Positions 39,978-53,331 of a DNA stretch of 64,000 bases are shown piece after piece; within the stretch, counting starts at the first letter, position 1, and every line of letters starts with the position of its first letter. The notes beneath the pieces are model-generated. The model saw only the letters and a list, made by a program, of their open reading frames with translations. It was not told the origin of the DNA and did not search any database. Made by a program: the position numbers and the translations under genes. The DNA is taken from assembly GCA_964106915.2 (NCBI GenBank), contig OZ066923.1; one strand, 5' to 3'. This stretch comes from Podarcis gaigeae (lineage: Eukaryota).

Positions 39978-41552
39978 ATTTAAGAGATAAATTGCAGTGT
40001 ATATAAGCATTAGTCTTGGACCTGTAGAACTTGAGCTTGGATAGCCTCCCTTCCTGCTTAGCCAACACAAGGAGCCCTTGATTGGGATGAGTATCCCTTC
40101 CTATCATTTCTCTGCAAAAGATCATTTTGACAGTAGAGAAAGGCTGATTTTTCATTACTGGAAAGATAGTGAGTAGACGAGGATTTGGACACTGAAAAAG
40201 CATCTACTGCTAGCCCAGTTTCACCAGCACACCCTCATCAAACAGATCCCTTTGATGGAAAGGGTGGGTCTTCTGTTTCACCATCCTAATTCCAGGATGG
40301 AAAATGAGTCACTCATAGCAAGATAATAAATTGCCGCAAAAAAGTTGAGGTGTTGTACAGACACTCTGTAAAAAAAACCCACAAACCTGTTTTCAAAGTT
40401 CTTTTTATCACAGATTGGCGCAGAGAAAATAGAAAGTGTATTTCATTTTAAGCATAAAAGCTTTTTCTGTAAAATACATTGCTATTGTATTGTGCATACA
40501 TTAGCATCTTACATACAGAGAAAAATATATTAAGCTGCAAATAATAATAATAATATCCCCAAACAATTAAAGTAAAAAATGTTCTGGTAATTAACTATTA
40601 TTTTTCACAAAACTAGTCTAATTATGTATCAGTCATGCTGAAATGAAAGGTCAATAACTACAGATGCATAATTTCCTTCTGATAGATTGCTGTTTGAAAA
40701 TAGGTTTATGACAATTATGTGATTAATTTCCTTTTATTAAATAGCATTATGAAACTTCATGATGCATTCATCTGTTTATTACTGTTTCTTTTTCTGTTTA
40801 GTTAGAATTTAATGGTGGATGCAATCTAACCACAGTAGAAAATCTAGATAAGCTAGACATTGCCTTTTAAAATAGTCCCCAATTGCATGTTAATTCTGTA
40901 GTGTCTGTGAATTCTGGGTGGTGAATAATCACACACACATTCCTTTTCAGTCAACAACCCCTCATCTGTATCAGAGCAAATCAGCAATTCATGTTCCCTG
41001 TGCTGGATAAGTAATAGTATTGTGCATTGTTCCTGAGAGGTGCATAATATTTCTCAATATTAGCTCCCAGCCTTAGTTTGGAGCTTATACAACCAAGAAG
41101 AATACAAAAAAGCTAAAGATTATGAAACACTTTACACAATAAAGGTGATGTATAAAGTGGTGTTTAAACTGATAGTATTTGCCTCCTTCACAAGCCTTGA
41201 ATCTTTCTGTTACATATCAGCCATCTAACCGTAAGATGCTCTTTAACATGGTAAGTGCTCCTAGTTCTGAGCATAGAAAATGAATCGGCAGTCAAAAGAA
41301 CTTACAAAAATATACATTTTGATTGCAGAATGACAGATATGTTTTTGTTGCAATCATTCATCACTATATTTGTGAACTTCCCCTAATATTTCAATTGACT
41401 AATTCACAAAGGCAACAAGAAAGATTTTAGCTGATAAATTAGACAGGGGAGAGATGTCCTACGTCTTCTTAAACCTATACTTTTGTTACATTGTCACCTT
41501 TTAAAGGAAACTTACAGAGCTTCCATAAGCGACTAGGGTTTTATCCTCTTTA

Positions 41553-41893
41553 AAAAGGTAAAGGGACCCCTGACAATTAGGTCCAGTCATGGCCGACTCT
41601 GGGGTTGCGGCGCTCATCTCGCTTTATTGGTTGAGGGAGCTTCCAGGTCATGTGGCCAGCATGACTAAGCCACTTCTGGCGAACCAGAGCAGCGCACGGA
41701 AATGCCGTTTACCTTCCTGCCAGAGCAGTACCTATTTATCTACTTGCACTTTGACGTGCTTTTGAACTGCTAGTTTGGCAGGAGCAGGGACTGAGCAACG
41801 GGAGCTCACCCCATTGCAGAGATCCGAACCGCCAACCTTCTGATCAGCAAGCGCTAGGCTCTGTGGTTTAACCCACAGCGCTACCCGTGCCCC
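41553..41893 (-). mobile_element. Sauria SINE (Squam1/POM-type), near full length
   Basis: Same family as 37190-37527, with an 11-nt internal deletion at an agc microhomology. Imperfect TSD gttttatcctcttta / gttttcctcttta. Confidence 0.95.
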
Positions 41894-42698
41894 GTTTTCC
41901 TCTTTAGAGAGCATTTAATGATGAGTTCAATCTAACCTCAGCAGAAAATCCAGGTAGCTTGTTTGGATTTATTAAATTTGTGTATCTCTTCCCACTGAAA
42001 TGTGCCAAAGCGACTTACAAGCAACTAAAATATAGTAACTGATTACCTAGCTAGATCATTTTCTTTTAAAATGGTCCCTGATTATGTATTAATTGTATGG
42101 AACCAGTGGTGCTTAGGAAAGTTTGCTTATTTTATAATAAACATTATTGAACAGTGAGTTACAGAGGCCGATTCAGGATACTGTCTATTTATGTAGTTCC
42201 ATTGATGTCTGTATCCTTTGAAGCCTACAGACTTGAATTGGCTTTGATTTGCAGTACATTTGCCAGCATTTCCAATTGTTCTGTAGAAGAAAGTTGAGAG
42301 CAAGGTGGTTTGAGGACTTGGACTCGCTGGGGAAAAAGGAGGGTGCCCTATGCCTTTTCCAGATTGGCTACAGTATTTCACAACAGAAAAATAAAAACAC
42401 AGTACACATGCCACCAAATAAAATAAATTTGAATTGAAACCACCGCAGAAGACTGGCCCAGGTTAACCAGATATTTATCAGAAGGAGAAAAAGGTGTACT
42501 GTAAGCCCTCTGAAAACATTTTGAATATAGTTGTAGGTCTCCTATGTGAGATAGATGTATGACTTTTTTGCTAGCTCCACCAGATTCTGTCACTCTTGTA
42601 AGATGTGGATAGTGCATTGGCTTGTTGAATCAGTGCAAGCACTTTCTGGTTCAAGAGTAGTTTCTGGTTTCAAGCAGTGGCCTATCAGTTGCCTTTCT

Positions 42699-44093
42699 TT
42701 TCTTTTTCTTTTTTTAATGCTTTATTAATTTTACAAAGAAAAACAATCACCAAAAACAATACAAACTCAATACAAATTGCCAAGAAAAAAAATTAGATTC
42801 ATACATAACAGATTCCATTATGACTTCCAATCATCCTAGTGTGGTTCCTAAGTTACATTTTCGACCGCACACTTTCCATTGTGTCTCCTAAATTGTCTCA
42901 GTTGTAATTGGTTTTGTAAAATTTCCTACTATCATGCAGGGGTCAATCCAAACCTGCCAAAGAATTTAGATTTTTACAGTGTTTTTTTAGGTATACTCTG
43001 TAAGTATCCCATTTTCTATTAAATGTTTGTTCTGTAACATCTCTAAGTCTTCCTGTCATTCTTGCTAACTGTGTATTCTAGCATTTTCATCTGCCAGTCC
43101 AACTTAGTTAGGAATAGATTCTCCTTTCCATTCTTTTGCTATTAAGATTCTTGCTGCGGCTATTGCATACATAAAAATTCTCCTTAGACTTTTTGGAATA
43201 TTGTTACTCATTATACCCAGCAGAAAGGCTTCAGGCTTTTTTTGGAATGAAAATTTAAACATTTTCTGAAGCTCACTATATATTATATCCCAAAATTCTC
43301 TCTCTTTTTTACAATTCCACCACATATGGATTATCGTGCCTTCTGCCTTTCTGTATCTCCAACAAATGCTTGACCTGGTTTTATACATTTTAGCCAGTTT
43401 TGAAGCTGTTAGGTACCAACGGTAAAGCATTTCCATCAAATTCTCTTTCAAATTACAGCACACGGTGAATTTCAAGTCCTCACTTCATAATCTTTCCCAT
43501 GCTTCCATTTGAATGTTGTAGTCAAACTCTTTGGCTCATTGGACCATTACCGATTTTACTTCCTCCTCCTTGACATCCCACTCTAGGAGGAGTCTTTACA
43601 TTTTAGAGAGTGGTTTTTCTTTAATTTCAATTAATTATTTCTCGAATTTTGATAGTTCTGTGGAAAAGCCCTTCTTTTTGTCTTTTTTGAATGTCTCATT
43701 TAGCTGGAAATATTGTAGCCAGTCTGTTAAGTGGGTTCAAATTTCTTCATTTTTTTTTAGCTTCAGCCTATTTTCCTTCTCTTCCAATAAAACTTTGCAA
43801 GTTGCCCAATTTCCTCTCATGTTTTTTTTCTTGACGGAGAATGCTTCTATTGGGGATAGCCACCATGGTGTTTTAGGTTCTAACATGTCCTTATACCCAC
43901 ACCATGTATAGTGGCTTTCTTACCACATGGTTCAAAAAACATTTGTGGACTTTAACCTTTTCATAGTCTAGATAAGCATGCCCTCCGTACCAATTATCAA
44001 ATCCTTCCAAATCTAGAAAACCAGTGTTTTGTAACATCAACCATTCCCAGATACAGGAGAGACGAGCCGCCTCATGGTATCATTTCAAATCTG
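42699..44093 (-). mobile_element. L1-clade LINE, 5'-truncated (about 1.4 kb)
   Basis: T-rich tail at 42699-42715. ORF 43104-43475 gives LYRWYLT...CWRY...GTIIHMWWNC...FW...PEAFLLG, the degenerate ORF2 C-terminal zinc knuckle. TSD tcagttgcctttct / tcagtgtgcctttct. Confidence 0.92.
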
Positions 44094-45925
44094 TCAGTGT
44101 GCCTTTCTGGTCCTCAGAGGCACACTCCCATTTTAAAGCCATCTAAACTAGTGGGACATATCACATTTTGAAGCAGTGAATTATATTTATGCAACAAGTT
44201 AAAGCTGCATTGTGTGAACATGCTTTTGCTAAGTCTGTCCTGAGCCTACTGTCAGTCAGCTTCATTAGATAGCCCCAAGATCTCAAATTGGGAATTGGCA
44301 GGGAGGATTGTCTTCATTTTCTCATTGTTGCTTACTGTAGTATTTGTCCACTTACATTTGCTTTTAAGCCCTATTATCTCTTTCGTGCTATAAAATAGAT
44401 TCTACAGACTCTTAATTACAGTTGATATCTTTACGACTAAACAACAACAACATCTTTCTATTCTATCCTCAGTATTCTGTCATGATAGCCCTATCCAAGC
44501 ATCCTACCACTCCTCACACATGTGACTCCCATTGTGCGAAAGGAGACTTGGGTGCACACTTCCTGATCCCCTTCCCTCCTTCCCTCCCATTGCTGCCACC
44601 ATTCCCACATCCCTTCACAGTGGTGTTGCACCAGAGGGAGTGGCTCTTTTCAGAGGTAACAAGACATTTGAAACACTTTGTTTTTCTTCCCCATCACAGA
44701 CTGGGAGGTGCTCCTCCTATCCTGGCACTGTGATGAATAGCAAAAACAAAGCTTTCCTCCTTCCTTATTACAGTACTAGAGTCCAGGGGGGCCTCATACC
44801 TTAGTACTTTGTTAGGAAGAAACCCTCCCTCCTAGGCTGAGTGAATGGCTGAAGTGTGCCTGCCCTCTGGAATGTGAGAGTGTATTTGCTTGTCAGCCCC
44901 CAACTTCATTTGGTTGTTTGCTTGTCTTCCTGTTTGCCTGTATGTGTGGGTGTATATTCTATCGGTCTATATGTGTGGGTGTGTCTGCATCAGTCGTGTG
45001 ACTTTTGGCCACACCTAATGCTGGCATGTGGCCCTAGCAAGGTTGATTGAACCACGCACAAATTTCACTTGCCCTCTGACTGTCCAGTGCTTTGGGAATT
45101 CCTTGAAACCTACCTGTAATTTACCATTCTGAATATTTAGGAACACACTAGACATTATGTTAAAAGCATTTTTTTAACTAACATGCTTAAAACTGGCCAT
45201 GCTTTTAAAAGAAAGGAAACAAGTAGTTTCAAGCGTTCCTGATTCTTAAGCAGGATGGCAGATAGGGAGAGGAGCAAGTCTTTCCTCCCATGCACATTTC
45301 TCCTGAAAGCCCCCTCTGCTGCCAAGCCTATTGTTTGACACCAGAGAGTCTGTTTGCTGAAAACACCGGCTTGAGGGTTAATATTTGGTGGAAATATGGT
45401 GTAGGAGCAAAAGGATTTATTTTCTTTTAAAAACCCACATACCCTGGACAGTGGCTACTATCTAAAGAAAGAGAGATGACTAGTTCAAAGCATTCTATTT
45501 TGAATAAGCTTTTAATCCAGCAAGAAGTTATGCCCTCACTGTCACCTGCAACTTTCCTTTCTCACTTTTCTACCTCACATTGGAGCATTAATACAAGTTC
45601 CACCAGAGACCCTTGGGGACCCCTCCATTTATTTCCCTCTATTGTGATGTTGTTCATTTATTTATTTTTGTGGTGCTTTCTGTTTTTGAGTAGCTATTGA
45701 TCATTAAGGAGACCTATCCTCTGATCCCATGAGTTTGATGTTGTTGTTTCCTTTCCCCATGAGCTGCTGTTCTCGAACTTTGTTTAAAAGCTTTCTGAGT
45801 CCCAGTAACATACTGCACACCAGTTCAACAGATCTGTTGCTGAAACCTGTCATCTGTCTATTCTAAAAGCTCTCCTTTACAGACACCATATTGATTCTAG
45901 TATGGCATCTGTTTTCCCTCTGTCA

Positions 45926-46233
45926 GGCTGCATTCACACAGCAGATTATTCAGTTTTCTTGACATTTCTCTAACTGCTAATTTCCACATTATATTTTAGC
46001 TTTCACACGACATAAAAACCACTTCCAGAAATATAGTGGAATATAGTTCAAGGTTAGCACTCATTTCCATGTTATTTGCAAACTTTTTTTTTTATTCTGG
46101 AAGCCTATTACATGGAAATGTGCAGTAAACGTGCACTGTATCCACTATATTTCTGGAATTGGCTTTTACATTCTGTGAAAACTAAAATATAATGCAGAAA
46201 TTAACAGTTAGGAAAATGTCAGAAATACTAAAT
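45926..46233. mobile_element. Palindromic Harbinger-like MITE
   Basis: Starts ggctgcattcacac. Arms of about 95 bp (45954-46050 and 46132-46226) are roughly 80% complementary by eye. Confidence 0.7.
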
Positions 46234-46332
46234 GGGCCTTTGACCTGATACAGCAGGGCTCTGCTTATGATAAATCGCAGGTTTTGTGGGCTATTGTACA
46301 TGTTTTGACTGCACTACTTTTATTAGTATTTA

Positions 46333-46558
46333 CAGTGGCACCTTGGGTTAAGAATTTAATTTGTTCCAGAGGTCCGTTCTTAACTTGAAACAGTTCTTAA
46401 TCTGAGGTGCGCTTTCGCTAATGGGGCCTCCTGTTGCCGCTACACCGCTGGCACGCGATTTCTGTTCTTATCCTGGGGCAAAGTTCTTAACCTGGAGCAA
46501 CCACTTACTGGTTAGCGGAGTTTGTAACCTCAAGAGTCTGTAACCCAAGGTACCACTG
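46333..46558. mobile_element. Tc1/mariner (Tigger-like) MITE, complete
   Basis: TIR cagtggcaccttgggtta / taacccaaggtaccactg with TA TSD on both sides. Confidence 0.9.
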
Positions 46559-46579
46559 TAGTAGGGCTAGCGATTACTC

Positions 46580-46716
46580 CAGGTTTCCCAAATCTGGTAT
46601 ACTTAAAATGTTTTAGACTACAACCTCCCATCATCTATTACCATTGGTCATGCTGGCTGGGTTTAATGGAAATTGTAGTTCAGATATCTAGAGGGCACCA
46701 GATTGAGGGACACAGG
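46580..46716. mobile_element. hAT URR1-like MITE, degraded
   Basis: gactacaacctcccatcatc...ttgtagttcagatatctagagggcaccag. Confidence 0.7.
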
Positions 46717-47130
46717 GTTAGGCCAACAAACCCCCAAATTTTCTAGATCCTTTGAAGAAGATAGTTGGCCTTCTAATGTTATGGAGTGTATGTGTGTTGT
46801 TTATCTTTTGATAGACAATTTCATGTTTGAATTCTTGAAGAACCCTCGGGGAATGACATCAACTCAGTATAGTGTTGGTTTTTTAGTTTGTTTAACCATT
46901 CTAAAACATTATCCCTTTTTGTCCTCTATACTGCAATTACTGTGTGAAATTAATTGTTTGAGTGTGAGTAACTTTGCAACATCTTGTTTTATTAGGACTG
47001 ATGTATATAATTCGTTTATATCCCAGTAGGTCCCCTGTTTCACTGGTTTGTTGTCCTACAACACATTGGCTGGTTGTTTGATTTTTGTGTTTGATTTAAA
47101 TAAATGTTTACTATGAGTGTTTGTATCTCT

Positions 47131-47345
47131 GAACATAAGAACTGTATCGGATTAGGCCAATGATACCATGCAGTTCAACACCCTGTTTCCAATACTGGCC
47201 AGAAGGGCAACATTGGTCAACCAGGAAACCCACAACCAGGGTCTGAAGACAAACATTTTCCATTTGTTTGCCCTTGAGCAATTGCAGTTCAGAGATATTT
47301 TGCTTCTGAACTTGGAGGCAACATTTAGCGGTCTTAGCTAATAGA
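47131..47345 (-). mobile_element. CR1 3' UTR fragment
   Basis: gaacataagaac tail, homologous to 16663-16870. Confidence 0.7.
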
Positions 47346-49021
47346 TGTGATGGCCACTGGAAGAGTGTATTTTGGAGTACAGTATATATTGAATACTGCA
47401 GATTATGCTCAAAGAAGTTTACAACAACCTTGCTGTCCAGTATTGGACCCTTATTTCATGCTTGGACTTGGGCTGGAGTTGAGAGAGTACAACAACCCAC
47501 AGTGCTATTTTTCCCCCCTTTTATCCCTCAATAGCAGGTTGGGCTGAGGCGGCAGTGTAGTTCACTGTTATACTCCTTTGCAGGTTGGAGGGTAGCTTGC
47601 AGCAGCCATGTACTATAGTTTATTGTTAATACTGCAGGCCATAGGTGAAACTGAGGCTGCTTTGGACTCCTAGTAAAACAAAAACAAAAAAACCTGAATC
47701 TCTCAAGTTGCAGCAAAGGTCAATTTTCTTAAATTGCTTCCACACAGACCTCCTCCTCATAGGCCAAATCAGGCATTCAGAAGCCTCATGCTCCATTGAC
47801 TTTCATGCAGACTGGTTGCACTTTAAAATGCTCAGAACATAATGAGCATGTTTGTACTTGAAGTGGAACCCAAGTTAGAGTACCAACCCCTGTTTTTGTC
47901 TTTTTTGCTTCTTCAGCCATAAGCTCAGGTAACACACACTGGAATACACTGCATTATTTTCTTGTGGGGGCCTCACTTGTATTTTCTCTGAATTGTAAAA
48001 AAGAAAAAAAGAAACACCTGACATTCTTTGATCATTTTGTAGAATCTCTTGAACAATTCTGGATGCTTTACCTTTTCCCCTTATTGCTTTGTCACTCAGG
48101 CTGTGATGCTTTGTTGCTGGGCTTCCCACTTGCTCACAGTCATTCTTGTATTTGGAGCTTTGCAGGTACACACTGCAAAGTAACAACCAGAACTTTCTTC
48201 TCTGTATGACCGTCATTAACATGACTCTGTGGTCAGTGGGAATGAAATGGGAGATCACACTTCCTCCACACAGATCTCCTGTAAGGTCAAACATGAGGGT
48301 GGGGCAAAAGCTGCTGAACCAGTTCTGCAGCAAAGAAGCCACTCCCACTGATGCCAGTAGTAGCTGGTGCGCAATGCGAAAACTCAAAAAAGTCAGCATA
48401 AAACTAGTCTCAGAAATCCCGGAGCAAAGGCTTAGAAGTAGTGTTATTAATATAAGTCTGGATGAAAGAGAGAGAGAGCGCGCTCATCACCAAGCAGGCA
48501 AGAAGCAAAAATACTGGTTTAAAAACCCACCTTAATGCAGATCAGCCCAGAGTTAGATGGACCCATGATCTGACTCACTATAAGGCAGCTGTATGAGTTC
48601 ATATAACTAATCCTCTTTCCCCTTTTAAATTAAATTTGACTGGTATTCAACTTTCTGGGCAATTATTCACTCACATAGATGCTGAATTTGATAGTGTTCT
48701 GGTCACTGTTTCCAAGTGGTTTGAGACATCTTGCGCTATTCTTGCTTAAAAGAGCCTATTTTTACATTATATAGTAAAAGTTAAAATATTCCGTAACAAA
48801 ATGGAGAATAAAAATAATCTCTTATGACAAGTCTTCCCCCCCCCCTTCCTTCTGGTTATCTGTAAAGTATACGCCCATTGTCAGTTTAACAGGGTAGTGC
48901 TTGTATAAACATTCTTGTTTCGCCTGTTCCATGTAATAGTTTCTTGTATCGTATTTCTTCTGACCCCGCTATCTGAAACCAATTATAGGAGATCCATTTG
49001 GGCTGCATCTATTTTCATAAG

Positions 49022-49169
49022 NNNNNNNNNNNNNNNNNNNNNNNNNNNNNNNNNNNNNNNNNNNNNNNNNNNNNNNNNNNNNNNNNNNNNNNNNNNNNNN
49101 NNNNNNNNNNNNNNNNNNNNNNNNNNNNNNNNNNNNNNNNNNNNNNNNNNNNNNNNNNNNNNNNNNNNN
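49022..49169. other. N-run, 148 nt
   Basis: Read directly; unique flanks. Confidence 0.99.
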
Positions 49170-50819
49170 GTCATTTTTCATTTTAACATCTCAAATGCAA
49201 CAGGCTGATAGGTTAAACATTCCTGTTTTTAACGAAACAATATGAATGACATCTGTTTTCTTTTAGAAAAAAAATCGAAAAGGAGGAAAACAACATATTT
49301 ATAAAATAATTCAGTAATTTGTATATATTAAGCAATTTCAGTCCTTCTTAACACTAAAAAAGAGGTGTAATTAAAACATGTAAAAATGTAGCTCCTGAAT
49401 ATGCACGTAACAGGAACTTGTATGTATACACAGAATCTCAGTAAGACTTAGCTGTAAAATCCAGAGAATCACACTGGCTCCTAAGATTTGCAAACCTGGT
49501 TAAATATATTATTATTATCTGTTTAAGGTTTTACAATTATCAAGAGTATATCAGTTTATTTGTATGTTGCTTACAAGTTTAGGAGTCACAGCAATATTTA
49601 CCCGTAAATAGTGTGCAGCAATGTGTTCCCAAAGCTACATGATCAATATTTTGTGTAATATTGCCTGTTCTGGACACCTGTTGTCCAGAATGGTATTATT
49701 ACTTTAATCCAAATCCTCAGTGGCTTTATTGTTTTAAGCTGTCACATGTTCCATACTTTTACTGAATTAGATTACTTTGTTAAGTAAAAATGCTACTTAA
49801 TTCCACACAGATGTTTTTGGAATTTGGACATGACCACCTCACAAACCTCTAAACTGCTACTCATTTCTAAACTGCTCGTTTTCAGTGAAAAGTTGCAATT
49901 TGTTTCATCAACCCATTTTGCAAGTTTTTGCTAATTGCGTTAAAGGGCAGACAGATCTTCATATAAGTTTACAGAATGGGAGACTGGACCTTCTCAGTAC
50001 AGTACTGTAATAGTGCAACCCTGGACTTTGGAGTGCTTTCCCCAGGAAGGCATGTCTGGCGCCAAGTTAACTATCATTTCTGCACCAGGAAAATCATTTT
50101 TATTCTTCCAGGCTTATGGGCAGCTTTAATGATAGCTACTCAATCCAGGCTTCAGTGTGAGTTTACTGATATTATATGCAGTTTTAATGCTTTTCTCATG
50201 TTTTCTTATATTAGAGACACTGTAAATTGTGTTGAGCCCCCCCCCCCGCGTGTAAGTATATAATTCTTAAATGATACACAAATCTTACCAAATCAAATTA
50301 TCCTCAGTTTTGAAAGATGCACTAATTCTATCATATGCTAAGCAGCGACAAATTCCATACATCATTCATAGCTCACTCATTTATCATGGATTTAATATGA
50401 GTAAGTGAATTGACAAAAGGAGAATTTAAGGTACTCGTCTTTATTTGTTTACCATACATACTTGCATAGTTTTATTTGTATGTCTGCTTTCTATAGTTCA
50501 TACCATGCTCAAATTGGCTTACAGCATGAAAAAATACATTACAACATAACAAAAGCAGCCATGAACAATAAATAAAACACCAGAAAAAACACAACCAAAT
50601 TGGAACAGCTCCCAAATAAATCATAAGATCTAAAATAAAGATACAAAAATATCAATAATAGCAACAACCCACGCAACAGAAACACTTAAAGCCCAGCCCA
50701 AGAGTCTACAACCGCAATCTGTATTTCTTACAGTATTCTAGTTGTCAGCATTTCATACAAATTTAACATTTTAATTCACATTTAGCGATTGAACACACAA
50801 GTTTAAGACAGGAGAAGGG

Positions 50820-51090
50820 TCTCCTTTTGCATGTAAAATATCCCAGGTTCAGTCCTTGGGGTTCCAGGTAAGAAACCCCTCCAATAACATGGAGATCCAC
50901 TTTCTGTCAGTGGTAGAGCATCATTCCACACCCTGGTGTCCCCCAAATGTTCTGAACTACAAATTTCATCAGCCACAACCAACATGACCAGTGGTCAGGA
51001 ATGTCTAGAACATCTGGAGGGCACCAGATGAGAGAAGTTCTGAGCCAGGTGGACCAATGATCTTTTTTAGTATAAGGCAGCTTCCTGAGG
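50820..51090 (+). mobile_element. Squam3-like SINE with a nested URR1-like hAT MITE (about 50919-51042)
   Basis: The SINE head (ttttgcatgtaaaatatcccaggttcagtcc) and tail (ggaccaatgatc...agtataaggcagcttcct) are split by gttctgaactacaaatttcatcagcc...acatctggagggcaccag. Confidence 0.75.
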
Positions 51091-52026
51091 GGCTTGTGCC
51101 ATGGTTGTTCTGCTTTCATTTCTTACATGCACATTGCTGAGACTGGTTCCTTGTTTTGCAAACCAGGAATTGCGGTAAACCACTGTACCAGATCAAAGGG
51201 ATGGAATGAGAAGCTGTCAGAGGTTGTGTGCACATTACAGTTTACTCTGCATCAAATGTGTTCCATTGCTAGGTTTGGAAGCCACATACACACAATATTA
51301 GCCACATCCATATTGATGCTGTAGCTTCTTGAGAAATGCTGCTGTTTGGTGCATTTTCCCCTTCCATCTAATTAGAAGACGTAAGCCATATTCACTTTGC
51401 AGTTAAGCCAAGGGGTGTACGTTAGAGACACCAGCAGATAGGTGCACATGCACAGATGACAGCTTCATGAATAGGTGTTATGGGGGAGCTTTCCATGGGT
51501 GGGGAAAGCAAACAGGTAATGTGCATTGGGGTATAGACACCTCTTCCTCCTCTGTGCTTTGCACGATGCAAATGTGACTTGCTGCCAATGTATACATAGC
51601 CTGGGAGACAACCTTGGCCATATTCTTCTCCTAAAAGCCCGCTGTCCCATCCCTTGATGGTGCTTCCAAGCCTCCACAGTACTACTGTAAACCTATAGCT
51701 ACCACTCTGCAATCTAAAATATTTTTTGGCTTAATATCTCTTTAGGCTCAGGAATAAATGAGAGGCCTGCCTTTCCTCAGCAAGCTTTGTGATCCTCTTT
51801 TAAAATCTGTTGCACTTGAATTTAAAGCAAGCTAGGGTGGTTTCGTAGGGCTAATACTTGTCTGCAATTACTTGAAAAACCCAAAAAAACAGCAAGAGGA
51901 TTGTTGTGGGTATGCTTCAGCCACGTACTGGTGCCTTTTACAGGCAGACAAATCTGTGTTCTTAGGAGCTGGCGATAGTGCGTGCAGTTTGTTTACTTTG
52001 GTTTGCTGTGTCTGCGTGCTTTCTCA

Positions 52027-52240
52027 NNNNNNNNNNNNNNNNNNNNNNNNNNNNNNNNNNNNNNNNNNNNNNNNNNNNNNNNNNNNNNNNNNNNNNNNNN
52101 NNNNNNNNNNNNNNNNNNNNNNNNNNNNNNNNNNNNNNNNNNNNNNNNNNNNNNNNNNNNNNNNNNNNNNNNNNNNNNNNNNNNNNNNNNNNNNNNNNNN
52201 NNNNNNNNNNNNNNNNNNNNNNNNNNNNNNNNNNNNNNNN
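52027..52240. other. N-run, 214 nt
   Basis: Read directly; unique flanks. Confidence 0.99.
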
Positions 52241-52847
52241 TATCTTTAAAAAAGCAGCTCATTTGAGTCTAATCAAAACTATACCTTTCTTTACCAGTTT
52301 GGCAATTTTAGGGTGCATACTGTTCAGGTAATCATTGCTCTGTATTTGCAAATAGTTTTCTGTGCCAGTTCTACAGAAAATAAAATAAAACGTACTTTTA
52401 ATATTTTCAGATCACAACGTAGCAACTCACTGGATTTGTTATATGATATAAAAGTGAATGAAGGAGTCTTAGTAGTTTCTTATAGTTGGTTTTGAAGGGT
52501 TCCTTAAAAAAAAAAAAAAAGACTTTACTGTCCACATTAGTTGTTCCGCTTGTGTAGACCACATTTTAAAGTTAGCTATTTTCCTGGTAATTGGCATCTT
52601 TCTCTTGTGCTCAGTTTTGTTTTACTTAATTCAAATGAAAAGATTTTTTTAATGCTATATTTTGATTGCAGTGCTATCACCCACAGAAGCTAATCTGATT
52701 GGCTAGGTAGTGATTTCTTTGTTCTCAGAGTTTACGAAGAATGCAAATGAAAGCCTCTTAATTTTATTTGGCATTAAAACTCCACTTTATTTTGTCAAAC
52801 GAGAGGTTTCCCCTTGAATTGTAAGTACAAAAAAGTGTTTTTAATCT

Positions 52848-52995
52848 NNNNNNNNNNNNNNNNNNNNNNNNNNNNNNNNNNNNNNNNNNNNNNNNNNNNN
52901 NNNNNNNNNNNNNNNNNNNNNNNNNNNNNNNNNNNNNNNNNNNNNNNNNNNNNNNNNNNNNNNNNNNNNNNNNNNNNNNNNNNNNNNNNNNNNNN
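52848..52995. other. N-run, 148 nt
   Basis: Read directly; ends 336 nt upstream of exon 3. Confidence 0.99.
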
Positions 52996-53331
52996 TGTGA
53001 GCATTTTAGCTGAACACTTAAAGACAAGTTCCTTGTGGAGATGAGGCTATTGATGCGGTTTATGATTTTTCCTCTTCAAGCACTTTATACAAATTAATGC
53101 TATTTCCTTGAGGATTTGTTGCACATATATACTTTTTCACAATATCTCGCATAAGTACTTTCTGTGGAATTTTCTTGGTGTGTTTAAAGAAAATGGGAAG
53201 TCTTCTGTTTTCAGATTGTATAAGGGAAGATCAAACTATGCTTGAAAGTTAACATTGGGTAAGTTACAAGCAATAACATTTTCAATTAAATGTTCAAAAA
53301 TTATTTACCTTGATATTGTATTTACTTGCAG

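Larger units (their letters stand above)
1..53331 (+). other. FOXP2: FOXP2 intron 2 (3' portion)
   Basis: No match to the start-codon exon (MMQESATETIS...LHLQQQQ) in unmasked sequence or the ORF track. This intron is known to be very large in amniotes. Confidence 0.8.

Noticed and set aside
43104-43475. 123-aa ORF as a host gene
   Set aside because: L1 ORF2 C-terminus inside a truncated, TSD-flanked insertion with stops and frameshifts.
47875-48399. 174-aa minus-strand ORF
   Set aside because: No recognisable domain, composition typical of translated non-coding DNA, and antisense within an intron.
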